From Malacoraja senta (lineage: Eukaryota), in the NCBI GenBank assembly GCA_038087875.1, contig CM075977.1, positions 4,278,001 to 4,342,000 on the forward strand: DNA of 64,000 nucleotides, written 5' to 3'. The position numbers and the translations under genes are program-made. The notes under the pieces were generated by a model. It had not been told where the DNA came from and did no database searches. It worked only from the letters and a program-made list of their open reading frames with translations. Shown here piece by piece: positions 12,665 to 23,864 of this stretch (positions are counted from its first letter, which is position 1; every line of letters begins with the position of its first letter).

Positions 12665-12820
12665 CTTTGTCCTGCCTCTCGCCTTTTCCAGCTTTCTTCT
12701 CTCCCCCCCCTCCCCCCCCACCTCACAATCAGTCTGAAGAAGGGTCCTGACCTGAAATGTCGCCTATCCATGTTCTCCAGAGATGCTATCTGACCTGCTG
12801 AGTTACTCCAGCACTTTATA
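12665..12820 (+). mobile_element. Penelope-like terminal repeat with hammerhead-like core (12734-12761)
   Basis: CTGAAGAAGGGTCCTGACCTGAAATGTC followed by AGATGCT..GAGTTACTCCAGCA. Confidence 0.8.
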
Positions 12821-12919
12821 TCCCACTGCTTCGGCATGTTTTTTCCTCAGTTGTTAATTTGGTAGTGCTTTAGATTGGGTAGGAAGAAACTGCAGATGCC
12901 TGGTTTACACCGAAGATAG

Positions 12920-13216
12920 GATGTTTCCACCAGTGGGAGACTCTATGACAAGAGGTCATAGCCTCAGAATTAAAGGACGTTCTTTGTCGTAAGGTGGTGA
13001 ATCTATGGAATTCTTTGCCACATAAGGCTGTGGAGGCCAAGTCACTGGATATTTTTAAGGGAGAGTTAGGTAGATAGATTCTTGATTAGTACAGGTGTCA
13101 GAGGGTTATGGGGAGAAGACGGGAGAATGGGATTAGGAGGGAGATAGATCAGCCATGATTGAATGGCGGAGTAGATTTGATGGGCCGAATGGCCTAATTC
13201 TACTCCTATTCCTTAT
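12920..13216 (+). mobile_element. CR1 3' fragment
   Basis: acaagaggtcatagcctcagaat..gggccgaatggcctaattct. Confidence 0.8.
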
Positions 13217-13395
13217 GACACAAAATGCTGTAGTAACTCGGTGGGACAGGCAGTATCTCTGGATAGAAGGAAAGGGTGACTTTTCGGTTCAAAACAGTCT
13301 GAAAAAGGGTCTCGATCCGAATCGTCACCTATTCCTTCTTTCCAGAGATGCTGCCTATCTTCCAGAGTTACTCCAGCATCTTGTGTCTATCTTCG
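13217..13395. mobile_element. Inverted pair of Penelope-like terminal repeats
   Basis: Minus-strand copy 13217-~13290 followed by plus-strand copy ~13295-13395. Confidence 0.8.
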
Positions 13396-13528
13396 GAAGT
13401 AGATTGGAGCAGCTTCTGGAGGGAAAGACAACGTCCAGTAAGTGGGAGACATTTAAAAGTGATATAGTGAGAGTTCTGAGTCTGCACATCCCTGTACAGT
13501 AAGATTAGGGAATTGAAGATGGACTGGT

Positions 13529-13612
13529 CTGAAGAAGGGCCTCGACCTGAAACGTCTCCCATTCCTTCTCTCCATTGTTGCTGCCTGTCTTGCTGAGCTT
13601 TTTGTGTCTATC
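13529..13612 (+). mobile_element. 84-bp hammerhead-bearing mini-PLE insertion with 24-bp TSD
   Basis: TTAGGGAATTGAAGATGGACTGGT at 13505-13528 and 13613-13636; insert starts CTGAAGAAGGGCCTCGACCTGAAACGTC. Confidence 0.88.
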
Positions 13613-13649
13613 TTAGGGAATTGAAGATGGACTGGTAGGGCAGGGGATT

Positions 13650-13925
13650 GTGTACAACCCTGAGGAGCACCAATGTTGAGGGTCAGGGTGGAGGAAATGT
13701 TATGACTAATTCTAACTGACTAAGGTCGACTTGTCAGGAAGTGTAGAAGCCAGTTGCAGATGGAGGCTCCAAGGCCAAGGTCCATGAGAGATGAGTTTAT
13801 TGTGGCTTTGAAGGCTGAGCTGTCGTCAATAAATAGCATCCTGACATTGGTGTTCTTATTGCCAAGGTGATCCAGATGTGAATGTTGTGCAAGAGATGTA
13901 CTGTAGCTTCCTCTGTAGACATTTT
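13650..13925 (-). mobile_element. Rex1/Babar LINE RT fragment
   Basis: Minus-strand translation [20 protein letters not shown] resembles the Rex1 RT motif VRMLFIDYSSAFN. Confidence 0.75.
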
Positions 13926-14004
13926 TCCTTTTTTCAAATTGTGAGTGTCTGAATAGTCCTGAAAGCGAACAGTCAGGAAATTATTGGAAATAAATGTAAG
14001 CATA

Positions 14005-14470
14005 AAGACCATAAAACAAAGGAGCAGAATTAGGCCATTCAGTCCATTGAATCTACTCCATTCAATTATGGTTGATTTATTTTTCCCTCTCAACCCCATT
14101 CTTTAGCCTTCTCCCGTTGACGCCCTTCCTAATCAAGAACCTATCTATCTCTGCCTTAAAAATAATCAATGCCTTCGCCTCTACAACCGTCTGTGGTAAT
14201 GAATTCCACAGATTCACCACCCTCTGGTTAAAGAAATTCCCCCACATCTCCATTTTGAAGGTATGTTATTTTACTCTGAGGTTGTGCCCTCTGGTTCTAA
14301 GAGTCTGGAACCATTACGAAAAACATCCTTTCAACGTCCACTCTATCTCGTCCTTTCATTATCCGGTAGGTTTCAATGAGGTCCCCCGCCTCATCGTTCT
14401 AAACTACAGCAGACCAAGAGCCTTCAAACGCTCCCGATACGTTAACCCAATCGACCCCGGGATCATTTTC
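14005..14470 (-). mobile_element. CR1 3' fragment
   Basis: Reverse complement of CR1 ORF2 C-terminus and UTR. Confidence 0.8.
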
Positions 14471-14785
14471 ATAAAAGGGATAGGATTTATGTTTATTTGG
14501 GAAGGGGAGGAGTGATTGGGCGGCCAATGCGATCGTTTTGTGCAGGGGAAATCCTATCTCACAAATCAGTTTTGTTTGAGGAGGTAACTCAATCAAAAAG
14601 ACAGTGATTGGTGTTGGGTAGAGAATGTGGGTGGACTGATGAATAATTTCACTGATGACACTAAAATGTAAGTAGTGAAGGAGGTTGTGAAGAGATACAG
14701 TGTGACATTGGAAATGTTGGCAGATGTAATTTTAATCCAGACAAGTGTGAGATGATACATTTGGGGACTTCAAATACTAACAGGA

Positions 14786-15375
14786 CATCGTCGTGGCTAT
14801 CCCTCGAGGTCGAGGATGTTGGTCTACGTTCTGTTGTTTTTATGGACTCTCAGGTGGCTTATGTCCAATCCTGGCTTTGAAAGTTCTTTGACAATCAGGA
14901 CAGGTAATTCCAGGTGGCAGATCGGGCTTTGGTTGTTGCAGCCTCTCTATCCGTTTTCTTATCTTCTAATTCTGTGCATCTCTTGGCTTCAAAGGTTGCT
15001 GTTCCTTCTTGGATGATGGTTTGCCAGAGTTTCCTGTCCTTGGCATTGGTTTCCCAATTGTCAATGTCGATTTTACATTTCTTCACGCTGGCTTTTAAGG
15101 CGTCTTTGAATTTCTTCTTTTGACCGCCTCTTTTCCGTTTGCCTTCTTTAAGCTGGGAGTAGAAGGTTTGCTTTGGTAAACGCTCGTCTTCCATCTGAAC
15201 AACATGACCGACCCATCTTAGTTGGTTCTTGATGAGGAAGGCTTCGATGCCAGATGTTTTCGCTTCATTCAGCACGCTGACGTTGGTTCTTCTGTCTTCC
15301 CAACTGATATTTAAGCTGCTTCAAAGACATCGTTGGTGGAACATTTCACGTGTTTTCAGATGGTGTCGGTATGGT
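14786..15375 (-). mobile_element. RTE-clade (BovB-like) LINE 3' portion nested in an old CR1 (~14500-15880)
   Basis: QLRWVGHVVQMEDERLPKQ..GKRKRGGQKKKFKD; 3' stem-loop CCTCGAGGTCGAGG and short (ACG)n tail. Confidence 0.85.
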
Positions 15376-15879
15376 ATATTTCTTCTCTCCAGAGACACTG
15401 CCTGTCCCGCTGAGTTACTCCAGCATTTTGTGTCTATCTTCGTGAGGATGTTGTCTGGAATGGAGGGCTGTAGTTGTATGGAGATTGGGTAGGCTGTGTT
15501 TATTCCGTATGGAATACAGGAAGTTGAGGGGCGACCTTCAAAGTTTATAAAGCCATGTGGGGCATTGTTAGGAGAGGTAGTCATTTTCCCCCCCTAAGGA
15601 TTGAGGCGGAAGGAGGGGGGGGGGGGGCAATCTAGAGGGTATAGGTTTCAGGTGAGAAGGGGGAAATTTATAGGAGGAATGAGGGGCGTTTTCAGGCAGC
15701 ATAGTGATTATATGGGATGCGCTGGCAGAGGAAGTGGCCAAGGCAGATACGGTTGCAACTTTTAAAAGGCATTAGTGCAGTACTTTGATAAGAATGAAGT
15801 AGTGGGATATTGCCCCATTGCAGGCATATGGGATCAGTGTAGATAAGCAAAATGTCTGGCATGATGAGTTGAGCAGATG

Positions 15880-15980
15880 TCCTGATGAAAGGTCATCAAA
15901 CCGAAAATGTTAACTCTATTCTATTGATTTGATGCTTCCTGATTTACTCTGTATTTCCAGTATTTTCTGCGTTGTTGTTC
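15880..15980 (+). mobile_element. Older PLE terminal-repeat subfamily with CTGATGA hammerhead core
   Basis: CTGATGA AAGGTCATCAAACC GAAAATGTTA then GATGCT..TTTCCAG, same layout as the young family. Confidence 0.6.
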
Positions 15981-16196
15981 ATTTGGACAAAGTGCATGCT
16001 GCTGCAAGGCCAGTACTATTTGTCCTTGAAGGTGATGGTCAGCAGCTGCCTTGAATCTTCATAATTCTCTTTGAAGGGACAGTACTTCTAGTGTTGGTGG
16101 GAAGAATTAGGATTTAGAAGGGGTAATGAAGAAGAAATTATGATGCATTTCCAAGTTAGCATATTCCATTACTTGGAGCAGAACCTGAAAGTAATG

Positions 16197-16354
16197 GTAG
16201 AAACAAGGAACTGCAGATGCTGGTTTATACCAAAGATGGGCACAAAGTGCGGGAGTAACTCGGACAGAAGGGTCTCGACCAGAAAAACACCCATCCTTTT
16301 TCTCCAGAGCTGCTGCCTGACCCACTAATTTACTCCAGCACTTTATGTCTATCT
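16197..16354. mobile_element. 158-bp inverted mini-PLE insertion with 12-bp TSD
   Basis: CTGAAAGTAATG at 16185-16196 and 16355-16366. Confidence 0.82.
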
Positions 16355-16522
16355 CTGAAAGTAATGATATTGTCTAAGTGTGGCGAAGATGCTGAAGTCA
16401 TCAAAGGGTCTGTTTGCCTTGGAAAATATGAAGGGTTTCAAGTGTTGTTTCCGCTACCCTCGCGAAGGAAAATAGTTCGCCACTTTTTCGTCCAATCACT
16501 GTCAATGTCTTGTTGCAGAATC

Positions 16523-16621
16523 TGAAGTCTGAAGAAGGGTCTTGACCCGAATCGTCACCCATTCCTTATATCCAGAGCTGCTGCCTGTCCCACTGAGTTA
16601 TTGCAACATTTGGTGTCTACC
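16523..16621 (+). mobile_element. 99-bp hammerhead-bearing mini-PLE insertion with 9-bp TSD
   Basis: TGCAGAATC at 16514-16522 and 16622-16630; core CTGAAGAAGGGTCTTGACCCGAATCGTC from 16529. Confidence 0.8.
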
Positions 16622-16989
16622 TGCAGAATCACATTGTTTGATTCTCAGCTGGTCTTTCTATCTAGTTTCTTTGTGCAAGATGGAAAATTGATTTTGTCTC
16701 TTATGACAAAAGCAGTATAACACACAAAGCATGGGGTGATAAGGGTGAGCTAGTGGAAACGGAAGTTCATGAAAGTGGGTACGGAAGACATTCGGGTATT
16801 ATTTACTTTGTTTCTGCCTTGATTTACATCTGCCAACTTGACCAGTGTGGAATGACTGTTGCATGCAATGAACATTAACTGCAAGGGGAAAGACCTGTGA
16901 TTGACTTGGGATTGTGCACTAAATACTTTAATTCTGCTTGGGAGCACTGACTGGTTCAGGGAAATGGTACGTTTGAACCTGGAAGATAA

Positions 16990-17690
16990 TTGGCAAGACC
17001 AATTGTAGACTAGGCAACTTTTGCACTGAACATTAACAGTCCGCCAAGGCCTGCTGGATCTCCTGGTTGGAAACCATTTCAACTCATCTTCCCATTCCCA
17101 TACCGGCCTCACTGAACTGGGCCACCTCTATTGTCAGAGTGAGGCCACACGCAAACTGGAGGAACAGCACCTCGTATTCCACTTGGGTAGCATACAACCC
17201 AGTGAATTTAACATTGAATTCTCCAATTTTGGATAACCTACCAACAATAGCCCGCACCCCTTTCTTTACCCTGTTTGTCCTGTGCCCCATTTCTCTGACT
17301 ATCCTGTCCCCTTTTCAAGTCAAGTGAAGTCAACTTTATTTGTCACACACACACAAGATGTGCAGTGAAATGAAAGTGGCAATGCCTGTGGATTGTGCAA
17401 AAACAGAAGAACAGAACAGAACCAGTATTTACATTTTAGAAAAAAAATCCGCTTCCACCTTTGATCAAACCCCCCCCCACATCATCTATATCGACCTATC
17501 ATCTAACTGGCTTTGCCCTGCCTCAACCTCTCTTCCACCTTTTTCCCCACTCCCCCCCACCCCCCCCCTCCGCTGGCTGAAGACGCGTCCCTACTGAAAC
17601 ATCTCCTATCCATGTTTTCTGGAGATCTGCTTGATCCACTGAGCTGCTCTTTCTTTGTAAACCAGCATCTGCAGTTCCTTGTGTCGACAT
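16990..17690 (+). mobile_element. Penelope-like element 3' fragment (GIY-YIG C-terminus, UTR, terminal repeat)
   Basis: aaactggaggaacagcacctcgtattccacttgggtagc (KLEEQHLVFHLGS), homologous to the element at 24 kb. Confidence 0.78.
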
Positions 17691-19716
17691 ATCAAAGTTT
17701 CTTTGTTGTGTCTGGTACAGAAATTTAGCAGTACTCGTGTAGATTAATCTAGAGTTTAAATAAGGGTATTATAATGGTTCAGCAGTTTCCGTTGTTGACT
17801 TTGAGTTCTGAGAACACTAGTTTATTAACAGTGCTGTTAATAAAGAACGTGGATTTTGTGTGTTCTCCTGGTGATCAATGGTTCTTTATTATCAGGTGTA
17901 CCAAGGTACAGTGAAAATTATTTTGCACATAGATCAGGATCAAAGTGATAGGAGTAGAGTTAGGCCATTCGGCCCATCAAGTTTACTCCGCTTGGCTGAT
18001 CAATCTCTCCCTCCTGCCTTCTCCCTATAACCTCTGACACCAGTACTAATCAAGAATCTATCTCTACCTTAAAAATATCCACTGACTTTACCTCCACAGG
18101 CTTCTGTGGCAAAGAATTCCACAGATTCATCACCCTCTGACGAAGATTATTGCCATGCATAAATACGATCCCCGATTAAGTACAGAATACAGAGAAATGG
18201 CCCACTGAGTTCACTTACAAGTCGCCAGGTTTTGTCTTCATTTTCGAAGTCCCAGCTGCATCTGGCCATAAAGGTTTCCATCCGATTTGTCCTGTGAACC
18301 AACGACCCTCTTCTCGCTCGGCCACCTTCAGTCTTGTGCCCTGGGATGCCATCCGCTTCTGACCTTGAGGGCGTGGAAGATAAAACTCCTGGTTCCTTAC
18401 CGGACCTTTTTCCAGCGTCTGCTGCCGGGGTATGGCCATGGCCTGTCGGGAGTTCATATGGGCTTTGATCTTCTTCATGTGTTCCAAATATGTTCCGGTA
18501 GGTTATTTGGTTACTGTAAACTATTCAGTCTGAGTAAGTGGAAAAAGAAGCAAATGAGAATGAATGGGCGTTTTAGGAAGAGTTGGGGCTGTTGCAAAAG
18601 GCGACAAGGGCAGAGGATTGATGTGGTTATTCCTTGAGTAGTAGGTTCAGAGCTTTTAGTTTGAATGTGACACCAGTTCTTAGCTGAAACTCATCACTTC
18701 ATCTGCATTCTTTTGAATTGTGTAAAAGTTGCCTTTTGTTTCTGTTGTAATTGGGAGAGAGAGAGAAACTGTCCTTGGGGTTGATTGTGCAGCTGCTGCC
18801 GATTAGTTGGCCGTTGACCATGGGTGTTCTCAATTGACGATCAATAACAACATTAACCAACATTTATCTCCTTAAAATTATGAATTTTGACATCTACCAG
18901 ATCCAACTCCAAAAATGATTGCCAAACTTGATATTAAAATTTTAACACTTGCTAAATTATAGAGGGGCGTGTCATTGAGAGCAAGACAGTATTCCAAGAC
19001 TTAAAGCCAGCTCTGGCAAAATACCGCATTTCTCCACAGATATTATGTGACCTGCTGAGTTCTGGCGTTCTGTTTTTTTTTCTGCAAAATGCTTGTTGGT
19101 TTGGAAAACATTTCACCGATCAAAGGATGGTTGAATTTGTCAAAGGGTGCTTATTGTCAGAGGAAAACAATGGAATATTTTGATGAAACGTCCTCAATCC
19201 AACAATAATCAATTTTATTCATATGGAATAAACCTGTTATCCTTGCCTTGTCTGGCCCATATGTGATTCCAGTCCTTGACTAAAGTCAATTAACTCTGAA
19301 TCTGACTAGCTCAGCAGTTCCACACATTAAGTTCTAAATTAATACAAAGAGCATAACATCTGCTGTGGTGGCTCACAGAGAATCATTTCAATGACTTTAA
19401 TGGGGCAAATGGGAAAACAAAATGAATGTGATTCTTATAAACCAGCATCTGCAGTTCCTTGTGTCTATATAATATCAGAGAAACATTTAAGTTGTGTGCT
19501 GCAGATAATACACGTCTTCCGTCATTTGGAAAAACTAGGTACAAATCGTCATCACATAGTCATCAATGTATAGCTGGAATGGTGTCCAGAGCTTGAGAAT
19601 GGGTGAGCAAGGTGCTGTTCTTTTATCATCATCCCACCATTTATAGCAAAGATTAATGGACCGTATGTTCATTTGCCATACATCTTGCATGATTTAAACA
19701 TCTTGCATGCTAACTT

Positions 19717-19980
19717 CACTGCTCCGGGCCGGTATCCCGTCAGTCCAGGGCTGTCGGTTAACCCGTCGGGACAGGCAGAGTTGACCTGGAGTTAGCACTT
19801 CTTCTACGCGCTGTCTGTAAGCCTGGGCCGCCACTGCAACGGGCCAGTGTCCCGTCAGTCCACGGCTGTCGGTCAACACAGCAGGACTGGCAGAGTTGAA
19901 CTGGAGTTAGTGCTTCTTCTCCGCACTGGCTGTAAGCCTGGGCCGCCACTGCAACGTGCCAGTGTCCCGTCAGTCCAGGG
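19717..19980. repeat. GC-rich 115-bp tandem repeat (~2.3 copies)
   Basis: CAGTCC follows CCCGT at 19741, 19856 and 19971. Confidence 0.85.
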
Positions 19981-20185
19981 TCACCAAGGACATCTCCAGC
20001 CGCCCCGGACAGCGATGGGACACTCGGGAAGGGACGGGGACGGTCCAGTAGTAATTCAACAGAGCTTGCAGCACCCGGGTTCGATCCTGACTGGATAAAT
20101 GTAGGTCTGTATTTATCCAGGCGGGAGGGAAAATAAATAAAGACACAAAGTGCTGGAGTAACTCAGCAGGTCAGGCAACATCTGT

Positions 20186-21025
20186 AACTAGTGGTGTGCC
20201 TCAGGGTTCAGTGCTAGGCCCGTTACTACATCAATGATTTGGATGAGAACATACAGGGCAAGATTAGCAAGTTTGCTGATGATACAAAAGTGAGTGGTTT
20301 TGCAGATAGTGAAGATGGTTGAGAAAGATTGCAGCAGGATCTGGATCGATTGGCCAGGTGGGCGGAGGAATGGTTGATGGAATTTAATACAGAGAAGTGT
20401 GAGGGATTGCATTTTGGGATGTCTAACAAGGGCAGGACCTACATAGTAAATGGTAGGCATCATGGTAGTGTTGTAGAGCAGAGGGATCTAGGAGTGCAGG
20501 TGCATGGTTCCTTGAAGGTCAAGTCGCAGGTAGATAAGGCGGTCAAAAAAGCTTTTGTCTTCATCAGTCAGAGTATTGAGTATAGAAGCTGGGAGGTCAT
20601 GTTGCAGTTGTATAAGAAGTTAGTGGGCAGGAGGATGAGGGGTGATCTTATAGAGGTGTACGAAATCATGAGAGGAATAGATCGGGTAGATGCACAGAAT
20701 CTCTTGCCCAGAGTAGGGGAATCGAGGACCAGAGAACATAGGTTCAAGGTGAAGGGGAAAAGATTTAATAGGAATCCGAGGGGTAACTTTTTCACATAAA
20801 GGGTGGTGGGTATGGAACAAGCTGCCAGAGGAGATAGTTGAGGCTTGGACTATCCCTTTTTTAAGAAACCGATAGGTATATGAATAGGACAGGTTTGGAT
20901 GGATATTGGACCAAGCGCAGGCAGGTGGGACTAGTGCAGATGGGACATTGTTGGCCGGTGTGGGCAAGTTGAGCCAAAGGGCATGTTTCCACACTGTATC
21001 GCTCCATGACTCTTATGACTCTATC
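20186..21025 (+). mobile_element. Internally deleted CR1 ORF2 3' portion
   Basis: agtggtgtgcctcagggttcagtgct (SGVPQGSV), FADD, QQDLDRL..FNTEKC. Confidence 0.88.
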
Positions 21026-22044
21026 TGGAAAAACGGGATACAATAATCATGAAAATCTATGGCTGGAGGTGGGAATTTTTTCATTTAAAACTACAGGATC
21101 GTCATATATGATTTTGACATTCTCGTTATTTACCGAGCTCTGCTGTTTACAAATGCTTCTCCTGTTGATTTTTTGAGAATAAGGCCATTGCAGACATACT
21201 ATTTCCTCTTTTGGTGGGTCGTTGACCTGAAATGTTGAGCCCATTTCTCTCCTCAGTGATGCTGCATCATCAGCTGACTGCTTCTCGCTCTTGACGCTTT
21301 TGTTTCAGATTTCCAGCATCTGCAGTTTCTTGCTCCAAATACAAGGTCCTGCTAAGAGTTCAGCACGTGCTGCAGATGTGTTTAAAAATGGCTGACTTTG
21401 CTGTCATTCACCTCCTGGCTACACCGTCCTTCCTGAGTATTAATTCTTTTCTCCAAAATGCAGATGCAATCAAATTTTCAACTTTTTGGGTTCAACTATC
21501 TAGTTTTAGCAAACTCTGCCACACCACAAAGCAAAGATTACCTATTGCATCACCTCAACTATTTACTTATTGCATGATGAGTTTCTTCATGTCCAAATAA
21601 GGCTGATCTAAATTTGAACTATCTCTGTGTATACAAGTGAATGGGAATTGTTTTTAAGAGCTGAATTAACTCGAGCCAGTCCTTTTTGGCCTCTTGTGCA
21701 GTCACATGATTGAGGGTGTCGGTTTCTGCAAGGTCATAGTGGCGTGATAAGCCCTGCAACGTAAACAGGAACTGTAGTAGAGACTGTTAACATTCAGTTC
21801 CCAGTCACTGGGTACGGCAGAGCCTGTCTCTTGCTCCTTTGTCGTGCTTTGCTTTGTGGATCATTTTAGTATTTTAAAGCAGAGTAATTTTTGAGATGTG
21901 GCAGCTGCTGACTGTAAAATAAATTCACTTGAGATATTAACTCTTGATTCCAATTATATTTTTGTTGCTTTCACATCATCAGTTTTTGACAAGATCTTTT
22001 GCAATTAAACACAATGTAAAGGCAACATTGTTTAAATTCAAAAA

Positions 22045-22350
22045 TGGGTGGCACAGTGGCGTGGCGGTAGAGCTGCTGCCTTGCAGGGCCAGAGACCCGG
22101 GATCGATCCTGACTATGGATGCTGTCTGAACGGAGTTTGTACGTCGTCCCTGTGACCGCGTGGGTTTTCTCCGAGTGTTCCGCCTTCCTCCCACACTCCT
22201 AAGACGTACAGGTTTGTAGGTTAATTGGCTTTGGTAAAATTGTAAATTTGTTCCTAGTGGGTAGAATAGTGCTAGTGTACGGGGTGATCACTGGTCGGCG
22301 TGGACTCAGTGGGCCGAAGGGCTTGTTTCCGTGCTGTATCTCTAGTCTAA
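22045..22350 (+). mobile_element. tRNA-derived SINE (HE1/V-SINE type)
   Basis: GGGTGGCACAGTGGCGTGGCGGTAGAG head, central domain, tail gggccgaagggcttgtttccgtgctgtatctct. Confidence 0.88.
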
Positions 22351-22904
22351 AGCAATGGATTAGGTGGCATTTGCTATAAGAAGAGGTTGGACAAACTTGG
22401 ATTAATTTCTCTGGAACACCTCACGTTGAAGAGAGACCTGAAAGAAAAATATAAATTAGATAGGCCAAACCTTTATCCCAGGATGAAAATATTAAAGAAT
22501 AGAGGGTATAGCTTTAAGGTGAGTGGGGCAAAGTTTAAAATAATTCTATGGCCATGTTTTTTTTCACAGTGGTGGGTACCTGAATGCGCTACCAGGTGCA
22601 GTGGTGGAGATAGATAGGATAGTGGCGTTTAAGAGGCTTTTAGATAAGCACATGGGTATGCAGAGAATGGAGGGATATGGATTATACGTAGACAGATGAG
22701 ATTGGTTTGTTGTGGAAAACCAAACCAAATGAGACTGCCTATGTTTTGAAAACAGGCATCCATGAATCAGTCAAGTGTAAGTACTGGCCCCTCAAATTAC
22801 ATTAGAAAATTTGAATAAAAAACGGAGTGCAGCAAACACCAAGCAGGTCGGGCATTTTCAGGGGAAAGAAAAGCCTGAAAATGCTGGAAACACTCCAATT
22901 AGTT

Positions 22905-23590
22905 TCAAGGTCAGTTTATTGTCACATGTACCAATGAAGGTAGTGAAATTTGAGTTGTCTTACAGCCATACTAAGTGAAATGCAAAAAGGCACACACCCA
23001 CATAAAAGTTAACATAAACATCCATCACAGTGGATTCCACATTCCTCACTGTGATGGAAGGCAATAAAGATGAATCATCTTCCTCTTGTTCTCCCGTGGT
23101 CGGGGCAGTCAAACCATTCGCAGTCGGGGCGATCAAAGCCCCCGCAGCCAACTAGCGAAGCCCCCGTCTGGGTGATCTGAACTCCCGCGTCGAGGCAGTT
23201 GAAACTCTCCACGGCATGGAGCTCCCGAGTCGGCCGCTTCTTACCAGAGACTGCGGACTTCACAATGTTAAACTCCACAGGCCCCGTGGTTGGAGCTTCG
23301 ATCCCCAGCAAAGGGATCACAAGCTCCGCGATGTTAAAGTCCCGCAGACTCCTGCGGCTTGGAGCGCCCGTCGGTCTTCAGGAAAGGCCGCCAACTGCAC
23401 GATATTACTGGGGACGGAGATAAGATACAGAAAAAACATCGCATCTCCGTCGAGGTAAGAGATTTAAAAAAAGTTTCCCCCAACCCCCCCCAAAAAAACC
23501 CAAGGAACACTAAAACATACTTTTTAACACGTACCAAATCAAACAAAAAAGGACAGACAGACTGTTGGCGAGGCAGCCACTGCTGGTTGC
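22905..23590 (-). mobile_element. Unclassified GC-rich non-coding retroposon, copy 1
   Basis: Rex1-like GTGACAATAAAC tail on the minus strand; terminal blocks and two hairpins shared with 59895-60770. Confidence 0.65.
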
Positions 23591-23641
23591 TTGAAAGAAA
23601 AAAATTATTAACATCTTAGATCAAACTCCTTTTGCCACAGG

Positions 23642-23700
23642 TAGACACAAAATGATGGAGTAACTCAGCGTGTTAGGGAGCATCTCTGGAGAGAAGGAAT
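23642..23700 (-). mobile_element. 59-bp PLE terminal-repeat fragment with 17-bp TSD
   Basis: ACTCCTTTTGCCACAGG at 23625-23641 and 23701-23717. Confidence 0.8.
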
Positions 23701-23864
23701 ACTCCTTTTGCCACAGGGTCTTCAACCTGAAACATTAGTTTTATTTCTCTGTCCACTGACAATACCCGACCTGCTTGGTGTTTATAGCATTTTTTGTTTA
23801 TTGATTCTTATTTTGATGTAGTTTCCACTTTTCATCCACAACAAATTTATTGTTATAAAATGTA

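Noticed and set aside
16379-16483. 8-bp inverted repeat GTGGCGAA/TTCGCCAC with a C-box-like ATGCTGA
   Set aside because: No D box next to the 3' arm, so not supportable as a C/D snoRNA.
22045-22115. tRNA-like sequences with A/B boxes (also at 12021 and 49633)
   Set aside because: These are SINE heads running into SINE bodies, not tRNA genes.
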